Of a stretch of 64,000 nt of DNA, positions 17,005-25,699 are shown one piece after another. Under the pieces are notes generated by a model that worked only from the letters and a program-made list of their open reading frames with translations, had not been told where the DNA came from and searched no databases. The stretch spans positions 39,887 through 103,886 of the forward strand of contig JAHEJM010000003.1 of the NCBI GenBank assembly GCA_024638815.1, read 5' to 3'. Position 1 is the first letter of the stretch, and each line of letters begins with the position of its first letter. Origin of the DNA: Acidimicrobiales bacterium. GTDB taxonomy: Bacteria; Actinomycetota; Acidimicrobiia; Acidimicrobiales; SZUA-35. The position numbers and the translations under genes were made by a program.

Positions 17005-18279
17005 ATGACTCAAGGGTCGAGCGCGTCCACGTCCGATGTCGATGTTGAAACCGAGGTGGCGGACTGGATCGACGATCATTGGGATCCGTCACTGACCCTG
17101 GGGGAGTGGTGGCAGGCCATGGCCGACGCCGGGCTGTCGCACCCCATCCTGGGTGAGCATGCCGGGGGCCGGGGCTGGAGCCAGTCAATGGCCGGCCGGG
17201 CCATGAAGCTGATGGCCGACCGCAATGTGGTCGGTCCGCCGCCTGGTCTTGGCACCATGCTGGCCGCCCCCACCATTGCCGACCATGGCACCCCGGAGCA
17301 GATCGAGCGGTTCATTCCGCCCATCCTCAACGGCCGCCATGCCTGGTGTCAGCTGTTCTCCGAACCGGTGGCCGGCTCCGATCTGGCCGGTCTGCAGACC
17401 AGGGCCGAGGCCGACGGTGACGAGTGGCGGGTCAGCGGACAGAAGGTGTGGACCTCGCAGGGTCACTACGCCGACTATGGGCTGCTGGTGGCCCGCACCG
17501 ATCCCGAGCTGCCCAAGCACAAGGGCATGTCGTATTTCGCCATCACGATGGACCAGACCGGGGTCGAGATCCGGCCCCTCAAGGAGATGACGGGCCGCAC
17601 CTTCTTCAGCGAGGTGTTCCTGGACGGAGCGGTGGTGTCGTCGGCCGACATGATCGGGGCCCGGGGTGACGGTTGGCGGGTGGCCAACACCACGTTGACC
17701 TATGAGCGCACCAGCATCGGCGCCGGCTCGTCGGGGGTGACCATCGCCGCCCCCGGGTCACGGGCCGACAACTTCGAGCGTTCCGTCGGTTCGATCATCG
17801 AGGCGGCGGCGCAGCGGCGGGCCGGGGGTCATGCGCCCGGGCCGGGCATGAAGCTGTATCACCGCTGGGTTGACCTGGCCCGCAAACTGGGCCGAACCGA
17901 TGATCCCGTGCTGCGCCAGGAGATCATGGAGCTCTACACCCTGCTGTGGGTCAACCGCATGAACCTGCAGCGGGCCCGGGCGCGGTCGCAGCGCACGGGG
18001 GGCGAGCCCAACATCGCCAAGCTTTTCGACGCCGAGATCCACCGCCGGTTCCGTGATGTGATCCTTCGTATCGTCCAGGCCGACGGCATGCTGTCGGGTG
18101 AGTCGTCGACCACCGACCCGGTCATCGCCTCGTTCGTGCTCCACGCCCAGGGTCCCGCCATCTATGGCGGCACCGACCAGATCCAGCGCAACATCCTGGG
18201 CGAGCGGGTGCTGGGTCTGCCCAGGGAGCCGGGTCCCGACCGCAACACCCCGTTCAGCCAGCTGCCCAAGAACGTGTAG
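17005..18279 (+). CDS. Acyl-CoA dehydrogenase family protein
   Basis: FSEPVAGSDLAGLQTRAE..DEWRVSGQKVWTSQGHYADYGLLVARTD, and the C-terminal IYGGTDQIQRNILGERVLGLP, are typical of this family. Confidence 0.9.
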   Translation: MTQGSSASTSDVDVETEVADWIDDHWDPSLTLGEWWQAMADAGLSHPILGEHAGGRGWSQSMAGRAMKLMADRNVVGPPPGLGTMLAAPTIADHGTPEQIERFIPPILNGRHAWCQLFSEPVAGSDLAGLQTRAEADGDEWRVSGQKVWTSQGHYADYGLLVARTDPELPKHKGMSYFAITMDQTGVEIRPLKEMTGRTFFSEVFLDGAVVSSADMIGARGDGWRVANTTLTYERTSIGAGSSGVTIAAPGSRADNFERSVGSIIEAAAQRRAGGHAPGPGMKLYHRWVDLARKLGRTDDPVLRQEIMELYTLLWVNRMNLQRARARSQRTGGEPNIAKLFDAEIHRRFRDVILRIVQADGMLSGESSTTDPVIASFVLHAQGPAIYGGTDQIQRNILGERVLGLPREPGPDRNTPFSQLPKNV

Positions 18280-18303
18280 TCGGGGTTGGGTCGGGAGACC
18301 CGG

Positions 18304-18960
18304 CTAGTCGCCTTCTGGTTCCGGGACCCGGGCCACACGCTCGATCAGCTCCTCGGACTGGTCCCGGCCGACATGTTCGGTGACGATCCGGCGGAACTCG
18401 TTGTGGCCAACGGCTGACTGCTGGCGTCGGAGGGTTCGCAGGTCGATGCCGGCCGCCTCGGGGTCGTGCTCGGCCCGGTAACCCAGTGCGTCAAGGGAGT
18501 GGGGTACGCCGTCGGCCGGCGGTCCCACTCGGTGTAGAGCATGCCCAGCTGCGACTCGGTGCTGGCTTGGCTGTGGCGGTCGTTGAATTCGATTTTCAGG
18601 TCGAGTGCTTGTAGCGGCGCTGGTGTTGGGCGACGATGCCGAGGTTGTGGTAGGTGTTGGCTTGGCTGTGGCGATCGTTGAACTCGATGAAGAGTTCGAG
18701 TGCTTTGCGGTAGTTGGTTTCGGCTTCGGTGTAGCGACGCTGGTGTTGGGCGACCCCTCGGCCGAGGAGGTGGGCCAGCTTGCCCAGCTCCATCCGCAGG
18801 TCCCTATCCGTTGTGTCCTCCAGGCTGTCGACGGCGAGCTTGACCATCTGGTAGCGGGCGCCGTGTTGGCCAAGCTGATTGAGGAGCGCCTCCAACGCTC
18901 GTGCAAGTGAGAACCCTGCTCCTCGATGACGATCTCGTTCACGGTGATGGTGGTCTCCCT
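18304..18960 (-). pseudogene. Frameshifted remnant of a TPR (TPR_12/KLC-like 42-aa repeat) protein
   Basis: Repeats read QRRYTEAETNYRKALELFIEFNDRHSQANTYHNLGIVAQHQRRY. The DNA repeats (GGCTTGGCTGTGGCG at 18564 and 18659; TGGTGTTGGGCGAC at 18631 and 18741) are spaced 95 and 110 bp, neither a multiple of 3. The reading frame is split over at least 3 ORF-track entries, and no N-terminal domain is present. Confidence 0.6.
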
Positions 18961-19122
18961 CCCGGGCGCCATGCGAGGTCGGTACCTCAACTGAAGTCCA
19001 CCGCAACGTTGTTGGCCCCAATTGGGTTCGTGTACTCACCGGCGAACCGACTGCAGTATATTTCTTGAGTAAATGGGAGAGAAGTGCTTGCGGATCGTAC
19101 ATATGTTTGATATAGTGTTGAC

Positions 19123-20352
19123 ATGAGGAAAGGCGGGTTTCCATCAGACGGCCACAGCGACGATCTGACGGCGTTGAAGGCTGCCCTCGATGGGGTGGCC
19201 GACATTCCACTTGCCTGCTTTCCTGTGACCAAACTGGCGGAGCGGGCCTGCGAGTTGCAGCGGCTGTCCTCCCAACTCGACTCCATTCGGGCCACCACGA
19301 TGGCGGCCATCGAATCGGCGGCCGAGGGGCCGGAGGTGCTTCGGGAACTCGGGTTCCGAACCGCGCCCCAGATGGTGGCGGCCCGGACCGGGGCCAAGGT
19401 GGAAGACGTCCGCCCGGTCGCCAAGGCCGGGAGCTGGCTGATCGACTTCCCCCTCTTCGCCCGGGCCTTTGCCGACGGCATCCTCACCCTGCGCCACGTG
19501 CGTGATCTGAAAGCCCTTGACAAGCCCCGCACTCGCCACGGGTTGCTGGAGGCCCAGGGCTACCTGGTCGAGCTGGCCCGGAACGGTGACTACCGTGATT
19601 TCTGCCAGGGTCTCACCTACTGGTTGAATGCTGCCGATCCCGACGGTGAAGAGCCGAAGGAGCAGGTGGCCAAGACCGGCTGCACCATGACCCGGCACAG
19701 CGACGGATCGGTATCCGGCAAGTTCCACCTCGATCCATTGTCGGCCGCAGCCGTCGGTACCGCCCTCGAAGACGAAGCCCAGCGGCTCTTCAACCAACAG
19801 ACCGAAGAACACGGCCGGGCCGACACCCCCCGTCAGCGCAGGGGCCAGGCTCTGGTCGATCTCATGATCAAGGGCGCCGGCGTTCCCGGCTCGGCCACCA
19901 CCACCCCGCTGGTGAACCTGGTCATGGGGTGGGAGCTGTTCCAGAATCTCATCGAGCGGCTCGACGACCCCACCATCCAGCCGGTCGAGGTCGACGCCAA
20001 GGATCCGAACCGGCGGTGCGAACTGATCGACGGCACGCCGATCCATCCCAACCTCGCCCTCATGACCATGGCGGTGGCCGAGTTCAAGCGAATCGTGCTC
20101 GATACGAAATCAAAAGCCATCGACGTCTCGGTCAAAGCCCGAGGGTTCCCACCGTGGATGAAAGAGGTCTTGCTGGTCGAAGGCAGGGGACGATGTGACA
20201 GCCCCGCCTGTGGCGCCCCGCTTTCCTGGCTCCAGGCCGATCACATCAAACCCTATTCCAAAGGCGGCAAGACAATCCTTGCCAACGGGCAGCTGCTCTG
20301 TGATCCTCACAACAAGTGGAAGCGAGACCTCCACCAGGACGACGCGGCGTGA
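19123..20352 (+). CDS. DUF222-type HNH endonuclease (13E12-repeat-like family)
   Basis: 409 aa. C-terminal HNH region: CDSPACGAPLSWLQADHIKPYSKGGKTILANGQLLCDPHNKWK. AT-rich upstream region. A deleted derivative lies at 25700-25880. Confidence 0.8.
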   Translation: MRKGGFPSDGHSDDLTALKAALDGVADIPLACFPVTKLAERACELQRLSSQLDSIRATTMAAIESAAEGPEVLRELGFRTAPQMVAARTGAKVEDVRPVAKAGSWLIDFPLFARAFADGILTLRHVRDLKALDKPRTRHGLLEAQGYLVELARNGDYRDFCQGLTYWLNAADPDGEEPKEQVAKTGCTMTRHSDGSVSGKFHLDPLSAAAVGTALEDEAQRLFNQQTEEHGRADTPRQRRGQALVDLMIKGAGVPGSATTTPLVNLVMGWELFQNLIERLDDPTIQPVEVDAKDPNRRCELIDGTPIHPNLALMTMAVAEFKRIVLDTKSKAIDVSVKARGFPPWMKEVLLVEGRGRCDSPACGAPLSWLQADHIKPYSKGGKTILANGQLLCDPHNKWKRDLHQDDAA

Positions 20353-20721
20353 GCGAAGCCGCCCTGGCCGGGGGACGAGGAATGCCGTGAAGATCACCAT
20401 GGTCGTTCCCCCCGGCGGCTATGAGGAGTTCCCGGTCGCCGACTACTGGCCCGACCCTGATCGCCCCGCGGGTTCGACTCGAACGCCACCCCACTGAAGT
20501 CGGCCGGCCGGCTGGAGGGGGAGCGCAGCCGGGAGGTCGAGTACACCACCAGCATCGGCCTCGAGGTCGGCGGCGGCGAGTCGAACTTCACGATGGGAGC
20601 CACCGCCGAACTGGCCTGGTCGGTCACTGTCGCCGGCACCTGGAAACTTGCCGCCGGTGACTACCGGCTGGCCTGGCTCGACGACCCGCCGGGGGTTGTC
20701 ATCGAGTGAACTCCCGCCCGT

Positions 20722-21846
20722 CTACGTCGTCAGCCACTCCACGATCGTGTCGACAACGGGCGCCTCGTGCAGCAGATCGAGGTGGTGGACACCTCCGACG
20801 ACGTGGACATTCGCCGGCTCGACGTGACGGGGCTCGGTGCTGCTGGCGGGCCGGACGATGAGATCCCCGACGATTGCACCAAACGGGTGTGTCGGATCGG
20901 CGGTGATCACCCCGGCGACGAAGTGCCAGTCGACGACGGTGGCGGGATCTTCCTCCAACACGGCCGCCATTTCGAGAGCATCGTGCTCGGTATGCAGGAT
21001 CGCCCCGTGGCGAAGGTCCTTGACGCCCTGGCTGCGAGCGTTGAGAAAATCGGCCAGCGGTCGGGTCTGGGGGGCGATGCCGAGACCAAGCGAGGCGGCG
21101 TGCACGAGCTTCTCCAGTGGCGCGCCGCGATGGGGGGCTCCGATGCTCACCACATCATCGAGATCGTCAACCCAGGCATGGCCGGCAGCTCGACCGGCAC
21201 GATAGGCGCTGGCGATCACGAGGCCACCCATCGAGTAGCCGACGAGACCGATCGAACGCACCGGTACCGCCCAGCTGCGGTGGACTTGCTCGAGCAAGTC
21301 CGCCAGCTCCGCCCCATTGTCGTCGATGCTGCGTCCACTGTTGTAGCGCACCGTCAGCGGTGTCACGTCCGGTTGTTCGCCAAGCGCGTCGAGCAGTCCC
21401 CGTTGGCCGTGGGCGCGGTGCCAGCCTGTTTCGTTCTGGGCGAACCCGTGTACCAGGATCGCCACGTGTTCCCGAGCCGGCTCGGTCGTTTGGAGCGGCC
21501 CGGTTTCGGCGGTTTCGAACCTCAGCGCCGCTCGGTGCCGGTCGAGAAGCGTCATCGGGGTCTCCAGGCGGTCCTGATGCCGGCCCAGATCATCGCCCCA
21601 CAGCCCGTTGAGGACGGCCACGGCGGTATCGGCCGAGGACCATTCGGCCTTGACATGAGCGTTCAGGCCGGCACCGAGAACCGAGGTCCCGACTCGTATC
21701 GATCCGTAGACCGAGCGCAGCATCAGGTCATATGCAGGGTCGACACCGGTTGCGGTGATCCACGGTTTGGCAATGGCGCGATGCATTCCCTCGACCGGCA
21801 CGAGCACACGTTCCACCACGCAGGCGACGACACTTCCGAATCTCAT
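20722..21846 (-). CDS. Alpha/beta-hydrolase-fold protein (esterase/lipase-like)
   Basis: 374 aa. HGFAQNETGWH and the nucleophile elbow GYSMGGLVIASAY. Confidence 0.75.
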   Translation of the reverse strand: MRFGSVVACVVERVLVPVEGMHRAIAKPWITATGVDPAYDLMLRSVYGSIRVGTSVLGAGLNAHVKAEWSSADTAVAVLNGLWGDDLGRHQDRLETPMTLLDRHRAALRFETAETGPLQTTEPAREHVAILVHGFAQNETGWHRAHGQRGLLDALGEQPDVTPLTVRYNSGRSIDDNGAELADLLEQVHRSWAVPVRSIGLVGYSMGGLVIASAYRAGRAAGHAWVDDLDDVVSIGAPHRGAPLEKLVHAASLGLGIAPQTRPLADFLNARSQGVKDLRHGAILHTEHDALEMAAVLEEDPATVVDWHFVAGVITADPTHPFGAIVGDLIVRPASSTEPRHVEPANVHVVGGVHHLDLLHEAPVVDTIVEWLTT

Positions 21847-21960
21847 GATCAGCGAGGTCCACCTTTCTGGTCGGACCGGAACCGACAGCGCGTCGGCCTG
21901 CTGTTTCCAGGTTAGGGCACGGGTGCCCCGCCGGCGCTATCAGCGGAGTCGGTGGGGAGA

Positions 21961-22010
21961 CGGACCTTGCCAATGGCAGAATGCTCTGCGACGTTGGCCG
22001 CAGTCAGGGG
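21961..22010 (-). promoter_or_regulatory. Partial third copy (C) of the conserved intergenic element
   Basis: CAGAATGCTCTGCGACGTTGGCCG (21977-22000) matches GCTATGTTCTGCGACGTTTGGCCG in copy A. In the minus orientation it reads AACGTCGCAGAGC-N16-GGTCC. Only half of the palindrome is retained. Confidence 0.3.
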
Positions 22011-22715
22011 ACGAAGGACAGAGTGGAACCGGAGGCGCTCACACTCACACTCATCGCTGCCGCGACCGCCGGCTACCTGGCCGGTTCCATCTCCGGTGCC
22101 CGCATCATCGGTCGGCGGATCGGAGCCGGCGACCTGACCCGCTCACGGGTGGTGCTCGACGGCACGGGGGCATCGGTCGACACCTACGGGGTCTCGCCGT
22201 CGTCGCTCCAGGCCCGGGGCGGTGGTAGGGCCGGGCTACCGGCCGGTGCCATCGACATCCTCAAGGCGTTGGTGCCGGTGCTGCTCGCCCGCCTGGTCTG
22301 GCCCGACTCTCCCGAACACATCGTCGTGGCCGGAGCGGCCCTCATCGGGCACGTCTACCCTCTCTACCACGGTTTTCTCGGGGGTTACGGCATCTCCCCC
22401 CTGCTCGGCGGCCTGGTGGTCATCGACTGGCGGGCCGGGCTCGTTGCCATCGCCGTCTTCGCCCTGCTCGGCCTTGTCGTCGGCAGCGCCTACCTTGCCA
22501 TCGAGTCTTGGCCCATCGCACTACTACCGTGGTTCGCCTGGCAGGGTGATGGCTGGATGATCGGGTATGCGGTACTGGCCAACGCCCTGTACTGGTGGCG
22601 CAGCCGGGACGAGGCGCTCGGCGCCCTGCGATCGTTCCGTGTCGACACCCGGCCCTGGCGCCGGCGGGTGGCCGACTTCAAGCACTATCCCGACTTCGAG
22701 GTGCCCGACCGATGA
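21981..22715 (+). CDS. PlsY-fold membrane protein, divergent paralogue 1 (canonical acyl-phosphate motif absent)
   Basis: AGYLAGSISGARIIG, AIDILKALVP and IGHVYPLYHGFLGGYGISPLLGG parallel PlsY motifs (YLxGSIP, GDxLKG, GHxFPxFxxFxGGKG). There is no SGNxGATN. The true start may be GTG 22023. Confidence 0.7.
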   Translation: MLCDVGRSQGTKDRVEPEALTLTLIAAATAGYLAGSISGARIIGRRIGAGDLTRSRVVLDGTGASVDTYGVSPSSLQARGGGRAGLPAGAIDILKALVPVLLARLVWPDSPEHIVVAGAALIGHVYPLYHGFLGGYGISPLLGGLVVIDWRAGLVAIAVFALLGLVVGSAYLAIESWPIALLPWFAWQGDGWMIGYAVLANALYWWRSRDEALGALRSFRVDTRPWRRRVADFKHYPDFEVPDR

Positions 22716-23410
22716 CATTCAACGTTCTGGCCGCCCTGGTCGGCTACCTGATCGGAACCATCAGCTTCGCCCGGATCGCCGGTCGGCTGGCCTTACCCGG
22801 TGAAGACCTTTCGGTCACCGAGTATGCGGTACCGGGGTTCGAGACCACCTCCGTCTATCGCGGCGTCAGCGCCAGCAGCGTCATGGAGCGGGCGGGGTGG
22901 AAGTGGGGGGTCTCGGTGATCGTGCTCGACGGGCTGAAGGCGTTCATCCCGACCCTCACCGTGCGCCTCGCCTTTCCCGACAGCTCCGCCTATCTGATCG
23001 TGGCCGTCGCCGTGATCATCGGACACAACTGGCCGCTGTGGTGGAACTTCGTCGGCGGGCGGGGCCAGGCGTCGCTGCTCGGGGCCATGCTGGCCATTGA
23101 CATCCTGGCCATCCCGGTGGCCACGCTCGCCGGGTCGGTGGTGGGACTCGTGGTGTTCACCTCGGTCCATATGGCCAGGAACATGAGCCCGGCCCTGCTC
23201 ATTCCCTGGTTCTTGTTGACCAGTGACACCGAGCACGTCCTGTTCGCGTTGGCCATCAATGTCGCCTACTGGTCCGCGTCGCGGGGCGACGTTGCCGAGG
23301 AACTGCGAATCCGCCGGCTGCGGGGCATCCCCGAGATGAGCTATCCCCGGAAGCTACGCCTGGCCTGGCACGACTTCTTCACCGAGGATATGGACCAGGA
23401 TCAGGAGTGA
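22712..23410 (+). CDS. PlsY-fold membrane protein, divergent paralogue 2
   Basis: ATGA overlap with paralogue 1. VGYLIGTISFARIAG, VLDGLKAFIP, IGHNWPLWWNFVGGRGQASLLGA. No SGNxGATN. Confidence 0.7.
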   Translation: MTFNVLAALVGYLIGTISFARIAGRLALPGEDLSVTEYAVPGFETTSVYRGVSASSVMERAGWKWGVSVIVLDGLKAFIPTLTVRLAFPDSSAYLIVAVAVIIGHNWPLWWNFVGGRGQASLLGAMLAIDILAIPVATLAGSVVGLVVFTSVHMARNMSPALLIPWFLLTSDTEHVLFALAINVAYWSASRGDVAEELRIRRLRGIPEMSYPRKLRLAWHDFFTEDMDQDQE

Positions 23411-25619
23411 CCTCGCCCCGGTAGCCGTCGACGGTGACGACCGTGCCGTCGACGAGGCGGGTCGCTCCCGGCACCGACACCACACAGGGGATCCCGTACT
23501 CGCGGGCCACGATGGAGCTGTGGGACAGCATGCCACCGGCTTCGGAGACGACCGCTCCCGCCTTGGCAAAGAGGGGGGTCCAGCCCACGTCGCTGTAGGG
23601 AATGGCCAGCACATCGCCCTGGTCCAGTTTGGCGAAATCGGCCATTCCGTCGACCACCTTGACCGGTCCCTGATGGCGGCCTCGCGACGTGGCCACCCCC
23701 CGCAGCACCGTGGCCGGGTCGACCGGGTCGACGGCGATGAAGTCGTCACCGTAGATGGTCTCGGGCATGGGCAGGCCGGCCACCCGCTCGTACTCCCGCC
23801 GGTGACCGGCCACCACGTCACGAGCCTCGACCCCCTCCATCGTTCCCGCCACCAGCAGCTTCACCTGATCGAGGGTGAGCATCATGACATCGTCGGGTTC
23901 GGCCAGCAGTCCCCGGTCGACGAACCGCCGACCCAACTCCAGGAAGTACCGGCGGAACAGACCGTAGCCGTAGGTGTACAGCGAGCTCACCTGCTCCCGC
24001 CGCAGTTCGTAGCGGGCCGCCCGTTTCCGCAGCGGCTCCAGCACGACGCCGCTCAGCGGACCCATCGACGTGCGGGTCTCACTCCACGGCTCGAGCGCGG
24101 TGGCCCGCGTGTTCCCGCCCCGGGCGGCTGCCATCTGCAACACCATCTCCGGCTGCTCCCGCCACGGCGGCACCGAGAAGTCGTTCCCGGAATCACTGAA
24201 GTGGCCGAAGGTCTCGAGGAACTCGGCCAACGCCGATCGAGCCTCCGGCGACTCGGCACCCGCCGCCTCGATCACCTCGGCCAGCCGGTCGAGGGCCGGG
24301 TTCGGGTCGAGGTCGTGGTCGGCCGGGTCGTCGGTGATCTCGACACCGGCCGGGTCGATCCCGTGCTTGTCGAGTCGGCGCCGCAGCAGACCCCCGTACA
24401 GGTTGGCCAGCAGCGGAACCACGATATTGGCATACGCCGCCTTGGTGCCGAGCTCCATCAGCTCGTCGACGGCGGCCAACAACTCCTCGTCGGTCCTGGC
24501 CGACACATCACCGTCATAGCGCCGGTAGGAGACACGGAGCCCTCCCAACAGCTTGTCGCCGTCCTTGCCGAAACCACTCTTTCCGATGGCGAAGGCGAGC
24601 AGCCGGGGGGTCTTCCGCACCGTCGCCGCCGATGGCTTGAACCGTGGTTTGTCCGGGCCTTCGGGAAGACCGAGCAGGAGTTCCAGCGAATCGCGGGGCA
24701 TACCCAGGAGTTCGAAGATGTCCCCGATCGCCCCCATGTTGAAATAGGAGCGATAGGCGAACGACTTGGCCAGGTCATCGGGCTCGAGGTCGTTGTCACC
24801 GATGGCCTCGGTGAAAAGCGTGATCCAGGCCCGATTCACCACCGGCACGTTCACCGACCACACCAGGGGCTTGATCATGCCCGGCATGACCTCTTTGGAG
24901 ATTCGATTCGAATAGACGGCGACATCGTCGATTCCGGTGATGGGACGGATCTGCACCCACCACAGCGTCTCACCGTCCCACACCCACTCCAGGTCGGCGG
25001 CCCGCCCGTACTCGTCGGCGGCGGCAGCCGACTGGGTCGCGATCGTTGCCGCCACCTCGTCGGGGAGCACGGGGTCGGTCGGTACTTCCGTCCACTCACC
25101 CCAGTGCCTGACCCAGCGCTGAGGGGTGACCCCCTGGCCCACCAGGCGGTCACCTCTTCCCTTGACGGCCTCCAGCACCAACTCGTTCAAACCGGTGATG
25201 GGATTGCGGGTGAAAACGACGCCGGAGATGACGGGCGTGACCATCTCCTGGATCAGCACCGACATTTCGATCTTCTGGTGCTCGCCGGTGTGATCGACGT
25301 AGGACTCGATGGCCTCACCGGTCGCCGATGATCGAACGGCGTCCACCGCGGCGGCGATCTCGGCGGGTTCCACGTCGAGCACGGTGAGGAACTGCCCGGC
25401 GTAGGAGGAGTGGCCGCCGTCCTCGACATTGGCCGACGATCGCACGGCATAGCGGCGTGAGGGGTCGAGGCCGGAGACATCGGCATCGACGCCGGGCGGC
25501 ACAACCCAGGTCGCCGGGACCCGGTAGCCGTGCTGGTGCAGCCAGGCGAGGGCGGCTCCCTTACCCCCGAGTTCCACGTCGGCCGCCTCGTCGAGGGTCA
25601 TCAACCGCCGGTCGTCCAT
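23379..25619 (-). CDS. PEP-utilising phosphotransferase with domain order ATP-grasp (PPDK_N) / unknown ~400 aa / C-terminal swivel phosphohistidine domain (rifampicin-phosphotransferase-like architecture)
   Basis: N-terminal: LGGKGAALAWLHQHGYRVPATWVV and AVRSSANVEDGGHSSYAGQFLTVLDV. C-terminal: PYSDVGWTPLFAKAGAVVSEAGGMLSHSSIVAREYGIPCVVSV. No TIM-barrel PEP-binding domain follows the His domain. The likely start is ATG 25619. Confidence 0.75.
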   Translation of the reverse strand: MDDRRLMTLDEAADVELGGKGAALAWLHQHGYRVPATWVVPPGVDADVSGLDPSRRYAVRSSANVEDGGHSSYAGQFLTVLDVEPAEIAAAVDAVRSSATGEAIESYVDHTGEHQKIEMSVLIQEMVTPVISGVVFTRNPITGLNELVLEAVKGRGDRLVGQGVTPQRWVRHWGEWTEVPTDPVLPDEVAATIATQSAAAADEYGRAADLEWVWDGETLWWVQIRPITGIDDVAVYSNRISKEVMPGMIKPLVWSVNVPVVNRAWITLFTEAIGDNDLEPDDLAKSFAYRSYFNMGAIGDIFELLGMPRDSLELLLGLPEGPDKPRFKPSAATVRKTPRLLAFAIGKSGFGKDGDKLLGGLRVSYRRYDGDVSARTDEELLAAVDELMELGTKAAYANIVVPLLANLYGGLLRRRLDKHGIDPAGVEITDDPADHDLDPNPALDRLAEVIEAAGAESPEARSALAEFLETFGHFSDSGNDFSVPPWREQPEMVLQMAAARGGNTRATALEPWSETRTSMGPLSGVVLEPLRKRAARYELRREQVSSLYTYGYGLFRRYFLELGRRFVDRGLLAEPDDVMMLTLDQVKLLVAGTMEGVEARDVVAGHRREYERVAGLPMPETIYGDDFIAVDPVDPATVLRGVATSRGRHQGPVKVVDGMADFAKLDQGDVLAIPYSDVGWTPLFAKAGAVVSEAGGMLSHSSIVAREYGIPCVVSVPGATRLVDGTVVTVDGYRGEVTPDPGPYPR

Positions 25620-25699
25620 GGACCACCACTGTAAGCCCGGCCGGGTTGGGCTGCCACGGGAACAGGTCGTTGGCCTCGGGGTGGTGGTGCCGAGCTTAC

